DNA of 64,000 nucleotides, from NCBI RefSeq assembly GCF_009914755.1, contig NC_060932.1; one strand, written 5' to 3'. Position numbers and translations under genes: made by a program. The notes beneath the pieces are model-generated. The model was not told where the DNA came from and did no database searches. It saw nothing but the letters and a program-made list of their open reading frames with translations. Each line of letters starts with the position of its first letter. Positions within the stretch are counted from its first letter, which is position 1. Origin of the DNA: the human T2T-CHM13v2.0 reference genome, Homo sapiens. Below, piece by piece: positions 1 through 18,413 of the stretch.

Positions 1-475
1 TCCAGCTCATTAAATAGGACTGGAGAAGCTACAAATGATCCTCCCAAAGTGACTAGCTTACTTACCTAGTCAGATGCAATCCATTAACTTTGACCAGAAT
101 CAGTCATTTAAATGTGACAGCAACTAAGCATCATTCTTCAAAAACAATATTAAGTTTGAAAATAAGACTCAACAGTAAATACCAACAGTATAATGCAGAC
201 TTCTCTACTGGTGGAATCACAAACTCACCCATGTGTCAAGTGGTATATGTAGGTTTAAATAGTCCCAAAGCCCTAAAACATTTTGCAGTCTATTGAAGAG
301 CGCTGTGTGGATATGGTAAACTCTGCTGTGAGAATACTTGGAGTGGGCACATTCCACTATTCCTGTATGCAGAGCTGTTATTTTAATACTAATGTAAATG
401 CTTAGAGGTAGAAGGCTGCCTATGGGGACAAACAACTTTCCAAAGGGGGGAAAAATCATGTGGAAGAACAGGGAT

Positions 476-734
476 TTGTTTGTTTTGTTTTTGAGATAGA
501 GTCTTGCTTTGTCGCCCAGGCTGGAGTGCAGTGGTGCGATCTCGGTTCACTGCAAGCTCCGCCTCCTGGGGTTCACGCCATTCTCCTGCCTCAGCCTCCC
601 AAGTAGCTGGGACTACAGGCGCCCGCCATCACGCCCGGCTAATTTTTTTTTTTTTGTATTTTTAGTAGAGATGGGATTTCACTGTGTTAGCCAGGATGGT
701 CTCGATCTCCTGACCTCATGATCTGCCTGCCTCG
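476..734 (-). mobile_element. AluY, slightly 5'-truncated
   Basis: gcaagctccgcc, cacgccattc, ttagccaggatggtctcgatc; degraded TSD aacaggg. Confidence 0.88.
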
Positions 735-1336
735 GGAACAACAGGGTTTTAAAAGCCATACCTTGTGCTACATACGCTTCATTATTTCAAGCCTTTGAAG
801 ACCAGTTTTTGTCAGGCTCAAATATTGGTGCTATTGTTCTAGTGACAACGTGCATTACAAATCCAGCTTTCCTGGCACCCAAAGGTATTCTGATATGAAT
901 ACGACAGTTTTGGAGATGTGTCTGCATTTTGTTAACACATGACTCCTGAAACAGATGTGATTTCCATCTCTGCCTGGCTTCCTGCCTTGAGTGCTGCAGT
1001 CAGTTTCTCAAGAACTGATCAGATTTCTAATGAAGAAGGTGAAGAAAGGCAACAGGGGAATAAAACATTCAATTCTGAAATTATTCTGAAGCACAACTTT
1101 GGTGAGCTGAGTTGTGTCCCTGTAATCACTTCCACAGAGCATGAGAGGAAAGGTTTACAAAATGGCAAGAATTTCAGAGCTGGTGGTAAGAAGTAATTGG
1201 TAACAATTATGGAAGTGTCCTTAATCTGAGACAGGTCTCCCAAATCATCTGGGTCAGTGGCTTCCAAACTCTTTAAATTCAATGATCTCTCTGTTCAGAT
1301 TAAGTCACAAGTCCTAGAACAATATGTAAAAGAATT

Positions 1337-1722
<386 letters not shown>

Positions 1723-1725
1723 TTA

Positions 1726-2150
<425 letters not shown>

Positions 2151-2249
2151 ACCTAGAATCTTCACATGATTTCCAAAGGGACAGTTTTACCAGAACTTTC
2201 AGTGCCTTTTTTGTGGGTTCTTCCAAAGAAAAGAATGATACTGTTGTCA

Positions 2250-2915
2250 CTTAGGCAGAATTGTAAGGATTAAATGAATTCGTGCACATATAGGATTTAC
2301 AAAGCTGTCTTACAGACAGTAAACAGGCAATCCTTAAAAATCATAGCTATTTTTTACTATTAAGGAGAGTGCACATCAGATTAAAGATCTGAGTGAGCTT
2401 GGGCAAGAATTACTTGCCTTTGCTGGGTCAAAATTTCCTCCTCTGCCAAATGATGGGGTGGGACTAAATTATTGCTAGCACCTCCTCAACTTCAAAATCC
2501 AATCATCTGTTAAAGTTTAAAGTTATCTGCTACTAGGCTGGAACTGCTTCAGCTACTGGGATTCTTGCTTTACAGCTCTTTGTTCAGTGCACTCTTTTCC
2601 TGAGGCAAAAAGCAATACGGGGGTCTCTTTTTCTCGCTTCATACCAACTCACTCTTCCTAACATATTTACTTTCCACCTTCTACTTGAGCACGCATGGCA
2701 GGAAGAGCTCACAGTCTTTAGAGCCGAACAGCATGTCTTCAAAATCTGGCTTTGCCACTTCCCAGCTGAGGGACGTGAACAGCTTACTTAAGTGCTCTAA
2801 GCACTTGTTCACTGATGTGTCACATGCTGAGGATGGCCTCCCATGCACGTGTCTTTGAGGATCAAATGAGACAATGTATATAAAACTTCCTACATGATGG
2901 GTACTCAAAATGGTA
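2250..2915 (+). mobile_element. Cluster of MIR fragments
   Basis: MIR motifs (gattaaatga, cttgggcaag, tctggctttgccacttcc, gaggatcaaatgaga). Confidence 0.55.
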
Positions 2916-3376
2916 AACTGCCCCAGTTGCTCACCTCAAGACACTGTTTCCCCCAGCTCCCATGAGCAGGAAGGAAGGTCTAGATGTAAGGGACAGAGAA
3001 CACAAAGTGAAAACGTTCACGAAGGAAGAAGGGCCATCATGGCTTTTGTATTGCAGATCGTGTTTATCTCGACAACTTTTTAATTGAAGTCTGTTTCGCC
3101 TCAGGTTGCTAGGTGTTTAGCACAAAGGACAAGCTATCGGTGTAATAATAATAATTAGCATTGATCAACTTCTAAATGCTTTACAAACATTAGATAATTA
3201 ATCCCTGCATCAACTCTCAGGGAGGCTGATAAAGAAGAGAAACAGCATTTAAATGTGGCCACAGGCACATAGGGACAGGGCTAAGCAAGGCCACTCAAAT
3301 CTCCAGCTCTCTTCTAGCTTGCCCTGAACAATCCCCAGGACCCAGGAATCAGGAGTCAGACAAGACGTCTAGAGCT

Positions 3377-3553
3377 GGTTGGCATGCTGGCTCACGTCTG
3401 TAACCCCAGCTACTTGAGAGGCTGAGGCCTGAGACTCATTTTAATCCAGGAGGTGGAGGTCACAGTGAGCTGAGATTGCACCACAACACTCCAGCCTGGG
3501 CAACAGAGTGAGACCCTGTCTCAAAAAAAAAAAAAAAAAAAGAGAAAGAAAAA
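3377..3553 (+). mobile_element. Monomeric Alu (FRAM-like)
   Basis: Single right-arm-type monomer with A tail; TSD-like gac(g/a)tctagagct on both sides. Confidence 0.8.
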
Positions 3554-3665
3554 GACATCTAGGACATCTAGAGCTGAATGCAAAGGAGAATGAAAAGGAA
3601 GAAAAGGCAAAGGAGAATGAGAAAAAAGGCCAGAAAAAGAAGAAAAGTGCTCTATGGGAGCCTCA

Positions 3666-4528
<863 letters not shown>

Positions 4529-5020
4529 TCAAGTACACATAGAATTAACAAGATAGACAGTACTCTGGGCATTAAATCTAGTTTCGATAAGTTTAAATGT
4601 ATTCAAGTTAAACAATGTATGTTCTTTGACCAAAATGGAATTAAATTAGAAATCAATAATGGAGATCTATGGAAAATAAAAACACAACATATCAAAATCC
4701 TCAAGATGTTGCTACAGCAGGACTAAGAAGAAATGGGCAATTAATGCCAATATTAGAAAAGAAGAAAGGATTCAAGTCAATGGTCTCAGCTTTCACCTTA
4801 ACAAACTAGAAATAGAAAAAAAAATTTAAAATCAAAATAAGCAGAAAATAGGAAATAATAAAGACCAGTGCAGAAATCAATGAAAATGGAAACATGAAAG
4901 CATCAGAAAGTTCAACAAAACCAAAATCTGTTTTTTTGAGATCATGATCAATAAACCTCTAGCCACCCAGACTGACCATGAAAATGAGAGAGAAGACACA
5001 AATTATGAATATCAGAAATG

Positions 5021-5375
5021 AAATGAGTTCATGTCCTTTGCAGGGACATGGATGAAGCTGGAAACCATCATTCTCAGCAAACTAACACAGGAACAGAAAA
5101 CCAAACACTGCATGTTCTCACTCGTAAGTGGGAGTTGAACAATGAGAACACATGGACACAGGGAGGGGAATATCACACACTGGGGCCTGTCGGGGGATGG
5201 GGGACAAGGGGAGGGAGAGCATTAGGACAAATACCTAATGCATGCGGGGCTTAAAACCTAGATAATGGGTTGATAGGTGCAGCAAACCACCATGGCACAT
5301 GTATACCTGTGTAACAAACCTGTTCATAGCATGTTCTGCACATGTATCCCAGAATTTAAAGTAAAATTAAAAAAA
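5021..5375 (+). mobile_element. L1PA7/8-like 3' end nested in the L1M
   Basis: 3'UTR ...aatgcatgcggggcttaaaacctaga...; flanking aaatgaaa duplication. Confidence 0.85.
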
Positions 5376-5420
5376 ATGAAACAGGGGACATCACTACATA
5401 GTCTGCAGATATTAAATATA

Positions 5421-5545
5421 AGACTGGGTGTGGTTCTCTCATCTATAATCCCAGCGATTTCGTAGGCTGAAGTGGGAGAATTGCTTAAGGCCAGGTGTTT
5501 CAGAACAGCCTGGGAAACATAGTGAGATCCTCTTTATAAATAATA
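5421..5545 (+). mobile_element. FLAM/AluJ left monomer
   Basis: Monomer ending catagtgagatcc plus A-rich tail. Confidence 0.75.
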
Positions 5546-5652
5546 ATATTAATAAATATAGCATTAAATGTACGATAATGGGATGTATGAAGAATTGACA
5601 AATTCATTGAAAGACAAACTACTAAAGCATATTCAAGAAGAAATACTGGAAC

Positions 5653-5945
5653 AGCTGGGGATGGTTGCTCACGCCTGTAATCCTAGCATTTTGTGGGGAG
5701 GCCAAGGTCGGGGGGATCACCTGAGGTCAGGAGGTCAACACCAGCCTGGCCAACATGGTGAAACCCCATCTTTAACTAAAAATACAAAAATTAGCCAGGC
5801 GTGGTGGTGGGTGCCTATAATCCCAGCTACTCCTACTCAGGAGGGTGAAGCAGGAGAATTGCTTGAACCCAGGGGGTGGAGGTTGCAGTGAGCCAAAATC
5901 GAGACACTTCACTCCAGCCTGGGTGAAAGAGGGAAACTCCGTCTC

Positions 5946-6000
<55 letters not shown>
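5653..6000 (+). mobile_element. AluS with tail converted to (CA)n microsatellite (~5949-5996)
   Basis: Dimer; TSD actggaacag. Confidence 0.9.
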
Positions 6001-6467
6001 CTGGAACAGTACTATCTCTCTTAAAGAAACTGAATCGGTAGTTTAAAATGTTTCTCCCCAAAATACTGAAGGGCCAGATGACTTCACTGAGGAATTCTAT
6101 CAAATAGTTAAGAAATAATACCAATTATATATAATTCTTTCAGAAAATGGAAGAGTAGGGATACTTCCAACCCATTCTATAGACTAGACTTACGCTGATC
6201 CAAAATAAGACAAATATATTACAAAAATAGAAAACTATAAACCAGTACGCCTCATGAACATAGATCCAAACTTTCTAAACAAAATTTTAGCAAATTGAGT
6301 CTGAAATTATATTTAAATGGTAATACATCATGACTAAGCAGGGATTAATCCAAAAAAGCATTACTGTAGCTATCTAATAACAAATTAAAAATCAATCAAT
6401 ACTTAAAATACTTTAAAAAGTAAGGACAAAACCCAACATCTCTTTCTGATTTTAAAAACACTCAGCA

Positions 6468-6967
<500 letters not shown>

Positions 6968-7078
6968 TCATTTAAAGCTGGTGGTTTAAAAATCTACGTG
7001 ACAGGGAAAGAATTCTCTCTATCAAGGGAGGAAAGGGCTGAGGGAGTGAACATGTATGACAGTCTACTCTGATGAGCC

Positions 7079-7545
7079 TTATTGTGGGTTAAACTGTGTT
7101 CCCCCAAATTCATATGTTGAAGTCCTGACCCCAGTACCTCAGAATGTGACCTGATCTGGAAATAGGGTCGTCGCAGATGTAATCAGTTAAGTTGGGATGA
7201 GGTCATATTGGAATAGGTTGGACCCCTAATCCACCTTGACTGGTGTGCTAATAAAAGGGGAAAGGTGTACGCAGACGTGTACACAGGGAGGAGGCCACGT
7301 GAGCATGAAGGAAGAGACCAGGGTGATACGTTTCCATGCCAAGGAATGCCAGAGATTGCCAGCAATCTGGTGGTGACCTGAAACTAGGAGACAGGCATGG
7401 AACATATTCTTCCTTATGTCGTCAGAAGGAACCAATCCAGCTGACACCTTAATCTCCTAATTCTAGCCTCCAGAACTGTGAGACTATACATTTCTGTAGT
7501 GTAAGCCACCCAGTTTATGGTACTTTGTTATGGCAGCCCTAACAA
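7079..7545 (+). mobile_element. MLT1B/C-like MaLR solo LTR
   Basis: tgtgggttaaactgtgttccccc...cagaatgtgac...ttgttatggcagccctaac. Confidence 0.85.
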
Positions 7546-8720
7546 GGGCATTCGAGCCCTATGCTGTAGTTCACCACTCTTAATCCTTTCAGCAACACTT
7601 TAAGGTATTTATTATTATCCCCATTTACAGAAGAAGAAACTGTGGTTCTGAGAGGTTATATCCTGGCTAAGCATAGGCAGTTAGAATCATAAAGCCACTC
7701 ATGTGGCTCATGTGTGGAGCTCAGCTGGACTGTCTCCTCTCAGCTGGAGTGCACAGGCCCAGCTCAGTGCAACTGTGCAGCAGGCCATGCTTCTCTTTGG
7801 AGCTCTTCTTTCTGTCGTTCTTTCCTGCCTCCTGGCATGTGAGGCTTCACTCAGGCCAGATGTCAATATTTTGATCCAAATATCTAAATTTCCCTCTTAA
7901 TAATCAAAACTCTTTATTCCCTAAGCCTCACATCTGCTTAAAGTAATTCAAGACTAAGGTGGAAATGAGTCATAACCGTTAATATGTTGTTCCAGTAAGA
8001 GACCTTTCTATTTATAACAAGTAGCTGGGGCAAAATTGGTCCCTTATGTTTACTCTTTATTGCACAATTGAAGGGCTAGTAAATGAAACATAGTCTGTTC
8101 TCTAAAGGAGGTGAAACATTTCCATCATTCTATCAATTCAGTTTGCATGATTCTGTTACTTTAGCAAATCCTGTTTTTTTTGCTGGTGTTTTTTGCTCAC
8201 CCCAGGGCAGATGTTTGCAAGTTTCTAAAACAGTGAAGCCAATGTAATATGCTGTGCAGTTTAAAATCAAACATGTCATATGTTTAACAACATATAACAT
8301 GAATACAGTGGGTTATGAAACAGCATTGGAATAACTACCAAAGTTAGGCTGTGAAACAGCATTTGCAACTCCCAAACTTTTCGAGATATTTGTAGTCTAG
8401 GAAGTTAAGTGGCTCTTGACCTTTCCAGCTCATGGGATAGAAAACACTGGACACAAAACACATCCCTTCAGCAGTGTTACACTAGCTACATTAACCACAG
8501 AACCTTCTAGAAAAGGAGTCATAAATTCATATTATTACAGAGGACCAGGTATACAAAGAGAAATCACCTCCATTTCACTTATGAGATAAACTCTTTTCAG
8601 GAATTAGCCAATTATTACCAAGAATGATTGTGGGCATGGCATCGCCAAATCTTCCAGTGTTTCAAGAGAAGCCAGGAATCCGAATGTTTTTATGTAAACT
8701 TTCCCTATATTTAAAAGCTA

Positions 8721-9171
8721 GTGTATTCGTTTCCTATTGGTGCTGCAAGAAGTTTCCACAAACTTGGTGGTATTTGCTATCCTATAGTGCTGGAAGTCAG
8801 ACGTCCTGAAATTTTGGTGTTGGCAGGTCTGGTTCTTTCTGCAGGCCCTGGGGAGAACCCTCTTCCTTGCCTTTTCCTGCTTCCGGGTCCCCCACATTCC
8901 TTGGCTCTTGGCTCTGCATCATGTTACCTTTTCTCCTGCTGTTTCTGTCACCACGTCACCTTCCCTTGCTTCTGACCCTCCTGCCTCCCTCTTATAAGGA
9001 CACTTGTGATGACACTGGGCCCATCTGGATGATCCGGGATCCTCTCTCCATCTCAAGATCCTAAACTTCATCGCATCTGCAGAGTTCCCTTTCCCAGGTA
9101 AGTCAACACATCACAGGTTCTGGGGGTTAGGATGTGGACATCCTTGTGGGGAACATTATTCTGCCTACCTC
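8721..9171 (-). mobile_element. MLT1C-like MaLR LTR
   Basis: tgtattcgtttcctatt...attattctgcctacctca. Confidence 0.8.
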
Positions 9172-9362
9172 AGTTGGCAACGAGTTTAAGTTGAAAAATA
9201 ACGTATGGAGCGAAATGACAGGAAATATGGAATTTGCTTTAAAATCCCTCCCTTGTCTCTTCTAAAAATGGGCAAATGGGGGAAAGAAGGTAGATAAAAT
9301 AGTGACAATTGTTGAAACTGGAGGTTCATTATTGTTTTTTATTTTCCTCTAGGTAAGTTTTA

Positions 9363-9728
<366 letters not shown>

Positions 9729-11009
9729 TTATGGGAGGAAATTTGTATGTGGCAGCTTTAAGAGTTCAGCACCTTTCAAAGTTATTGAGGCACAGTTCTT
9801 ACAAATTATAAAGATCTCCACAATAATCCTCTGGCCCCAACCCACTACCCATTCCCCACTCCTTTACTAATTCCTTCTAGTTTTGAAAAATCAGCCTCTG
9901 GAAATTCTCACCTTGTGTGGGATGCCTGTCCTTTGTGTATCATGGTTCCATACTTTATATATCCTTAGACCCTGTGGAATGACTGGAGTACAGTGGTGTT
10001 CAACAGATTCTTGCTGAACTCTGAGCAACTAAAGTCACACCTAGTCAACTGTGCCTTAGGCTCCCCCAGTGAATGCTGTAAACCGTTTAAGCATCATTGT
10101 TTGAAGAGCTCAGAGGCCTGAGATCTATGTGCTCTCTCACGGACCTTCTTCGCTCACCCATGGCTCCAATTCCCATTTCCCTTCATTAGGTGTGAGCGGT
10201 CCATACTCAGCTTCCAGAAATGGATGAAAGGCTGCTTCTAATCTGTGAGCTCACAGATAATTAAATTAGCCTCCTCTCGATGTGGTGGGGGAAGCTATTT
10301 TACTTTCATTAACTCCAAAGGGCCATTTCAGTTAAAGTCTCTATTTGGTAAACAAGTTATCTTTGACTTACAGACTTTACTTCCTTAACTTTCAGGAAAG
10401 ATGCCCTTTAAAGGGATGCTGATATGCAGAAATTGACAATTTTTTTAAAAAAGCTATCTTTTGAAAGGGAGATAACATTATTGCTAAATCCAAAAACAGC
10501 AGGCTCTTTGGGAAAAAAAAATGTATGCTTCAACATCCTGTGTTTTGTTTCCAAAGGATAAAAGGTGGGGTGTGTTTGTGGGCTTCCTTGTCTACTTTCT
10601 CATTTTATTGTTCCATCAAAAAAGAAAGCCAGAAGTTCTTTGAAGGAAGAAAATGTTAAAATGTAGGGAGTGTCTGGCCTCAACATCACACCAACATTTC
10701 CTAAACTCACGGCCTGGCATTATGGCTATTCAGTAATGTCAGACACCATAATACCATTTACCATATGAACAAAACATCAACATGCTTGCTTTCAGTGCGA
10801 TCTACCAAAGCTTTATGACTAACCAACCAAACAAAAAAAAAAAAACAAGAATTGATTTTAGAGAAATTGTAAAACTGTGTTCCAAGGACCAAGTGAGAAA
10901 CAAATTCTGAAGCCCACTTATCCTGCTTTAAACTCCTTCGTAAAACCTGCCCCAACTGGGAATAGCCATTTTTTTTTTTTCCTCTGACTTCCTGGCAGCA
11001 AGGAGGGAG

Positions 11010-11190
11010 TCTAGTAGTAAGGACATAAATCTTATCTGACACTTCTAGTTTGCAACTCAGCTTAGTTATTTTCACTGTGATCTTGAAGAAGTTACTTATC
11101 TTCTCCATGCTGCTGTTTCCACATCTGTAAAATGGGGATATTACTTCTTCTCTGAGACTGTTAGGAGGATGGAATTAGGTAATGTATTTC
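11010..11190 (+). mobile_element. MIR
   Basis: ctgtgatcttgaagaagttactt...catctgtaaaatgggg core. Confidence 0.7.
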
Positions 11191-11924
11191 AAGGGTATTT
11201 CTCAAAATTTCATTGGTAGATTATCTGCTTCAGAATGAGTGGCGCTGCCAGTTACAAATTCAGAAGCCTGCTCCTCCTAGGATCCAATTATTCAAAAGTG
11301 CTGTGGGTGTCTCCCAGAAATCTAGATCTATAGGGAGGGGCCTGGGTAAGTCTTCTGCATACTATTGTTTGAGCATATCTGTCATAAGCATCGATTACCA
11401 TCACTACCATCATAATGTATATACCACTCATTTTCTACCAGTGACCAGTCTCCTTGGATTCCGTGCCTTGTATCACTGGGTATTTGCTATAAATAGATTC
11501 TTGAATCCCTGATTCACTGAATCCTGGTATCCAGGAATTGAGACTACACATCTGTATTTATACACCCTCTTTTGAGGACTCTGATGTGCAGCCTGCTTTG
11601 GGAATCACTGACCCATGTAACTCATTCTGATACTGGATTATAGCCCTTTATTACTTAACCATTTAGCCAGTGTCTACAATACTATCATAAATGCTCGCTG
11701 AGATCGGTTGACCTGAATAAAGGTCCATCTGCCAAAGTAAACCTCCAAGCTATGATAAGCTCTGCTCAGGGATTTCCTCCTCCTCATTTCTTTCTAATGT
11801 TATATTTATGAACATTTGATTTCACTCACAGTAATTTTTCCAAACTCTAAGTCACTAATGTACCACTGTCATGATTTTTGTTGTATCCACTTGTACTGCT
11901 ATGGGAATTGCCAATTGCCCATCC

Positions 11925-12323
11925 ATCTTAGTCAATCCTGGCTGCTATAACAAATTACCATAGACTGAGTTGCTTAAACAACAACATTATTTCTCACAGT
12001 TCTGGAGTCTGGTAAGTACAAAATCAAGGGACTGGGAGACCTGCTGTCTGGTGAGGGCCCCCTTCCTGGTTTGTAGATGGCTATATTCTCATTGTATCCT
12101 CATATGGTGGAAGGAGCTAGCTAGCTCTCTTGCCTCTTCTAAGAGAGGGGCATTCATGATGGGATAGTTCCTGTCAGGACCTAATGACCCCTCATAACCT
12201 AATGACCCGCCCTCATGACATAATTACCCTTATGCCCCCTGAGGCCCTGCTTCCAAATATCACCACATTGGGATTAGCATTTCAATATATAAATTGTCAT
12301 GCAGACACATTCAGTCCATTGTA
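11925..12323 (-). mobile_element. MLT1A-like MaLR LTR
   Basis: tcttagtc...ggctgctataacaaattaccatagactg...acattcagtccattg. Confidence 0.82.
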
Positions 12324-13096
12324 CTACCCAGAATTTACTCTTTCCTTCTATTTCCTAAAATAACTCCAAAATTATTAGAAGTGATAATATATCCAACCAG
12401 AAAATTCCATTTTCCAGCTCCATCTTATCTTGCACATTCACCCTCCTCTAACAATTCCAACACATCAGAGTCTTCCACCTCCACCCCATTAGCCTCAGTC
12501 AATATCCAAGTTCACATTCCTATGGACAGGCTCATCCTACACTGCAAAGAATCTGCTTCATGCAGCTGTCTTTATGGCAGCTGGCAAATTCTTTGTAGTT
12601 ATCAAATAGGAAATGATATAAGTGTGATTTCCAAATAGAAAAGTAGCTGTGAAAATGTGGGGCGACATGCTTTGTTCCTCTCTCTCACTTTACTTTTCCC
12701 CCTCAAAATTCCCTTTTGCCATGAATGATACATAGGTGGCCAACATGCTCCTTGCTGGAGTTAAAGAATCATGAGGCTTCTTTCTTCTGTCTTTCAATTT
12801 CCTGCCAGTACCTAGTATCAGCCTGATTTAAGCAGATAACAGTATCTATTTCATAGGATTATTGTGACAATCAAATGAGTAACAGATGCAAAGTAGGAAG
12901 CACAGGAAACATTATATAGAGTACTTGCAAGAATGTGTGTTGTAAAAGTGCAGGCCATAATGATTAATGCTTTCTGGAATCCCCACACTCCCTGCTGGTC
13001 TTGCAGGGCCCATCACATATGAAAAGACATCCGCTATCTTATCAGCATATCCTTACACAAGTCTCATCTTTGCTTCTCCTGTGTTCATTATAGGTT

Positions 13097-13421
<325 letters not shown>

Positions 13422-14619
13422 TCATTATAGGCTTCAACCTAACACATATCACTTTCATTCTCTGGAATGAAATACCTGCAAGGCATTAACATTTCCAAGA
13501 GAGAGCATCTGCAGAAGTAGGTACCACACAAAACATATACCCTAACCAGCCTAAAAGTCAGCATCGTGGATTCTCAGATGCTTCCCTCCTAGATTTTCCT
13601 CTGTCCTTGGATCATCAGCAAGTTCTGAAAATTAGCCACACCAAACTCCTCCTCAAGAACATGCTTTTTGTCTTTTCATATTTCACATCTAACAATTTAC
13701 TTCTTCCTTCAGCATCTTCTTATGTGTTCCTCATTTACCAAGCTCTGTGAGATTTAGCCTACTTCATCCTGCCTTTTGACCCTTTGAAAATTGGTGACTT
13801 TTTCATTATAGTCACCTTTTTCCTCTATCCATGTTAAGATCTAAGGGTCAAAGGTGTACATGCTATTCTAGATAGATTTGTCAGAGATGCATAGCGACCC
13901 GGGACCTCCTTGCTTTCTGCCAGGAAGGAATGTCTGGCATAAAACTCTGGTTTTATACCTCAAAATGTGAGGAGTATGAGGTTTTGGACAGAAAACACGT
14001 TATCCATGACAATGCTATGGGTAGTAGATGTACTGCAGCTGGTATCAACAACTGCCCTTTTTTATGGCTCAGTAAATGCTTCTTTTGCACCTATTCTGGC
14101 ATCTCTTCTTTTAGCCTCATACTAACCTCACCCCAACAAATTTCTGAGTCCTTTAGAGACTTGTTCCCCTGGGTGTCCTATGCAATCCTGTTCCATAAAA
14201 ACTCAGTTCTCCTCTTTTCCTCACTGTGTGCAAAGAGTGTGATTTAGGATAAAGAAGGTGATTTCCTTGATATGCAAGCATTTCAGTCTCAGTGGCTACA
14301 AAGATCCATTTTCATTAAATTGCAAAAGGGACAGCTCAGTTAAAGATGATGATGATGATGATATCACAAATAAAAAATAGACCACTTCAGTTTAATTTTT
14401 TACTACTTTCTCATAAAGGGAATAGTAAGGGTCAAACTTTTCCTACTGCTTCTATTATGATAGTCACTAATTATATACAGTTGATCCCATTCATGAAGAA
14501 AGCTAAATCACCTATGAAAATAAATTTCATTTTATTAAAAAGTATGAAAAAGGCTAAAAGCTTTGATAGAAAGCTACTAAAAATATAAATTAGCAGTCCA
14601 ATTTCAAGCTAATAAGCAG

Positions 14620-14916
14620 AATTTTTTTTTTTCCAAGAGAGAGGGCCTAGCTCTGTCACCCAGGCTGGAGTGCAGTGTCGTGATCACGGCATGCTGCAGC
14701 CTCAAACTCTTGGGGTCAAGGGATCCTCCTGCCTCAGCCTCCTTTAGCTGGAACTACAGGTGTGTGCCACCACACCAGGATAATTTTTTTTTCTTTTTTT
14801 TCTTTTGTAGAGTGAAGCTGTTGCTACATTGCCCAGGCTGGTCTCGAACTCCTGGCCTCCAGCAATCCTCCTACCTCAGTCTCCCAAAGTGCAGGTGTGA
14901 TCCACTGTGCCTGGCC
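14620..14916 (-). mobile_element. AluJ
   Basis: J-type motifs (gcagcctcaaactc, gatcctcctgcc); TSD-like aagcag..aattttt. Confidence 0.85.
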
Positions 14917-14984
14917 AAGCAGAGAATTTTTTAAAAAATTCATTTGTACCATTAGAACAGCCTATTCCAACTAAATGAGATAAT

Positions 14985-15190
14985 ATGTATTCTTTCATGC
15001 TATAAATATTTGTTAAGCACATGCTATGTGCCAGACACTGTGCTGGGAGCTAGGCACTTTGTGACAAGCAGAAGTAGACAAGCTTTCCCTCAGATGGAGC
15101 TTTTAGGCTGGCAGAGAGGACAGGCATTACATAAGCCGTCAAATAAATAAAGAAATATATCATAAATGGTGGTAACTGTTGGTATTCATC
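14985..15190 (-). mobile_element. L2 3' fragment
   Basis: aaatatttgttaagcacatgctatgtgccagacactgtgc. Confidence 0.7.
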
Positions 15191-16490
15191 ATGAGGCATA
15201 TATAAGAGCTCTGTTGAGTCAGTTTCCCTTTCTCCTACTCTGGGGTCTCTGCAATTCCTAATTCTGAATAAGTGAATTAAATGCCACTGGGGAGGTAACA
15301 GGGCCGGTGAATCTGCTGTATACACCTGGAATAACGCTGCCGGCGTTCTGTAAATATTTCTGCAAACAGCAGATTCCTTTGCATATGATCCTTTCCCCAC
15401 ACCCCGTTCCCATGGCTTTTTTTGTTGTTGTTGGCTAAATGTTTACACAGCTGTTAAAAAGAAAAAGGGAGAATAAAACAACTTTGAGGACACAAAACAA
15501 AAACAAAAAAACTCAGACACTCCTATCTTGCTTTGATTTTCCATCTTCTCAAACTTAAAAAAAAATCAGTTGTAAAGTTTTGATTCACAGGGTAGATCAT
15601 GAAGAGAACTATGAGGTCAGTAAAGTTTAATCGTGGTGCCAGGGACGATATTCAAAACATTTAACAACCGGCACAGACTCCCACTGAAGCAGGCACCGAA
15701 AGGAAAGATGCCCTGAGCCTAGGCAGTACACAGCAGCTGAAAAGCCATCCAGTGGCAGCCTCGCATGCTCACACCACATTTCTTCTGCCTTCCATTCTGT
15801 CTCAGCACCCTCGGGTCTCATGTCTGAGTCCATTATCTCAAGGTCTTGCAGCCAATCAAATACTAATTGAGTATATCCTGTGTCACTCCATCCCAGGAAC
15901 TGGACAGTGAATAAGGCTCAAGTAGTCCTTTACCTAATGGGACTCAGAGTCTCTGTTGGTGATGGACAAAAGGAAGGAAACAAACAAATGATGAGATAAA
16001 GGAGAAAGAAGAAATGAGTCCATTTAATAAACTCATTCTTACAGGAGGGTTAGGGCTTTAAGAGTTAGTCTTATAAGCGGTATTTGCATCTTAAGAAGGG
16101 ACAAATCATTAGGCCAAAGAAATGAATTGTTAATGATAGGATTTCAGCCATAAAAAGGCATAATGAGAAAATTGTTTGGGGAGATGGCACATTGGACAGA
16201 GGTTTTTCCTAATTGCATAAATCACCTCATCTGGAAAGCTATCTGGGGATTCTATTTTTAAAGCTGGCCCAAATTCACAAATACAAAAGGTCCTTGTCTG
16301 GAAGAGGGGACATACCAAACTCTTCAGGGGATCTTTCTTAAAATGGCATCAGGCAGGGGAGAGAGGAGGGACTTTCATTGTTCACTTCACTCAATTCAAT
16401 TCTGTATTGTTTGAGATTTTATGGGCCTTTGATACTTTTGTTATGTATTATATATGTAACATATCTCTTCTAAGGAGCTCAGTACATGTC

Positions 16491-17110
<620 letters not shown>

Positions 17111-17246
17111 GCTCATGTCTTAATGTATAAATCTCAAATGATTTCAAGTGAATTATTTCAAACTTTGAGTTTCCTCGTGTGTTGTTTTAGCACCTCAGAG
17201 GGATATGTCTGCCCTTTCTATAGCTCATGTGCAAAAGTAAAGGCAA

Positions 17247-17440
17247 AAGAAGACAAGGGTAATGGGAATACTGTTTGATAGGTATGGAGTTTCAGTTTGG
17301 GAAGATGAAAAAGTGCTGTGGCTGGATGGTGGTGATGGTTGCACAACAATGCAAATGTACTTAATTGAACCATACAATAAAAAAAATAGTTAAAATGGTC
17401 AATTTTATGTTATGTATATTTTACCACGCATTCACAAAAA
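17247..17440 (+). mobile_element. L1MB 3' end
   Basis: ggagtttcagtttgggaagatgaaaaag...tatattttaccac; TSD aaaagt(a/g)aaggcaa. Confidence 0.82.
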
Positions 17441-17579
17441 AAAGTGAAGGCAAGAGTCAAGCAGAAGGCCCAGAGGCTAAAATAAACCTCCTCAGATGTT
17501 AACTCTCCTTGGTCCTCCTTGAGGCTTGACTGCACAGGTTCCTGGGCTACATCGCTGTGCTTTGTCTCTGCGGTGGACT

Positions 17580-18413
<834 letters not shown>

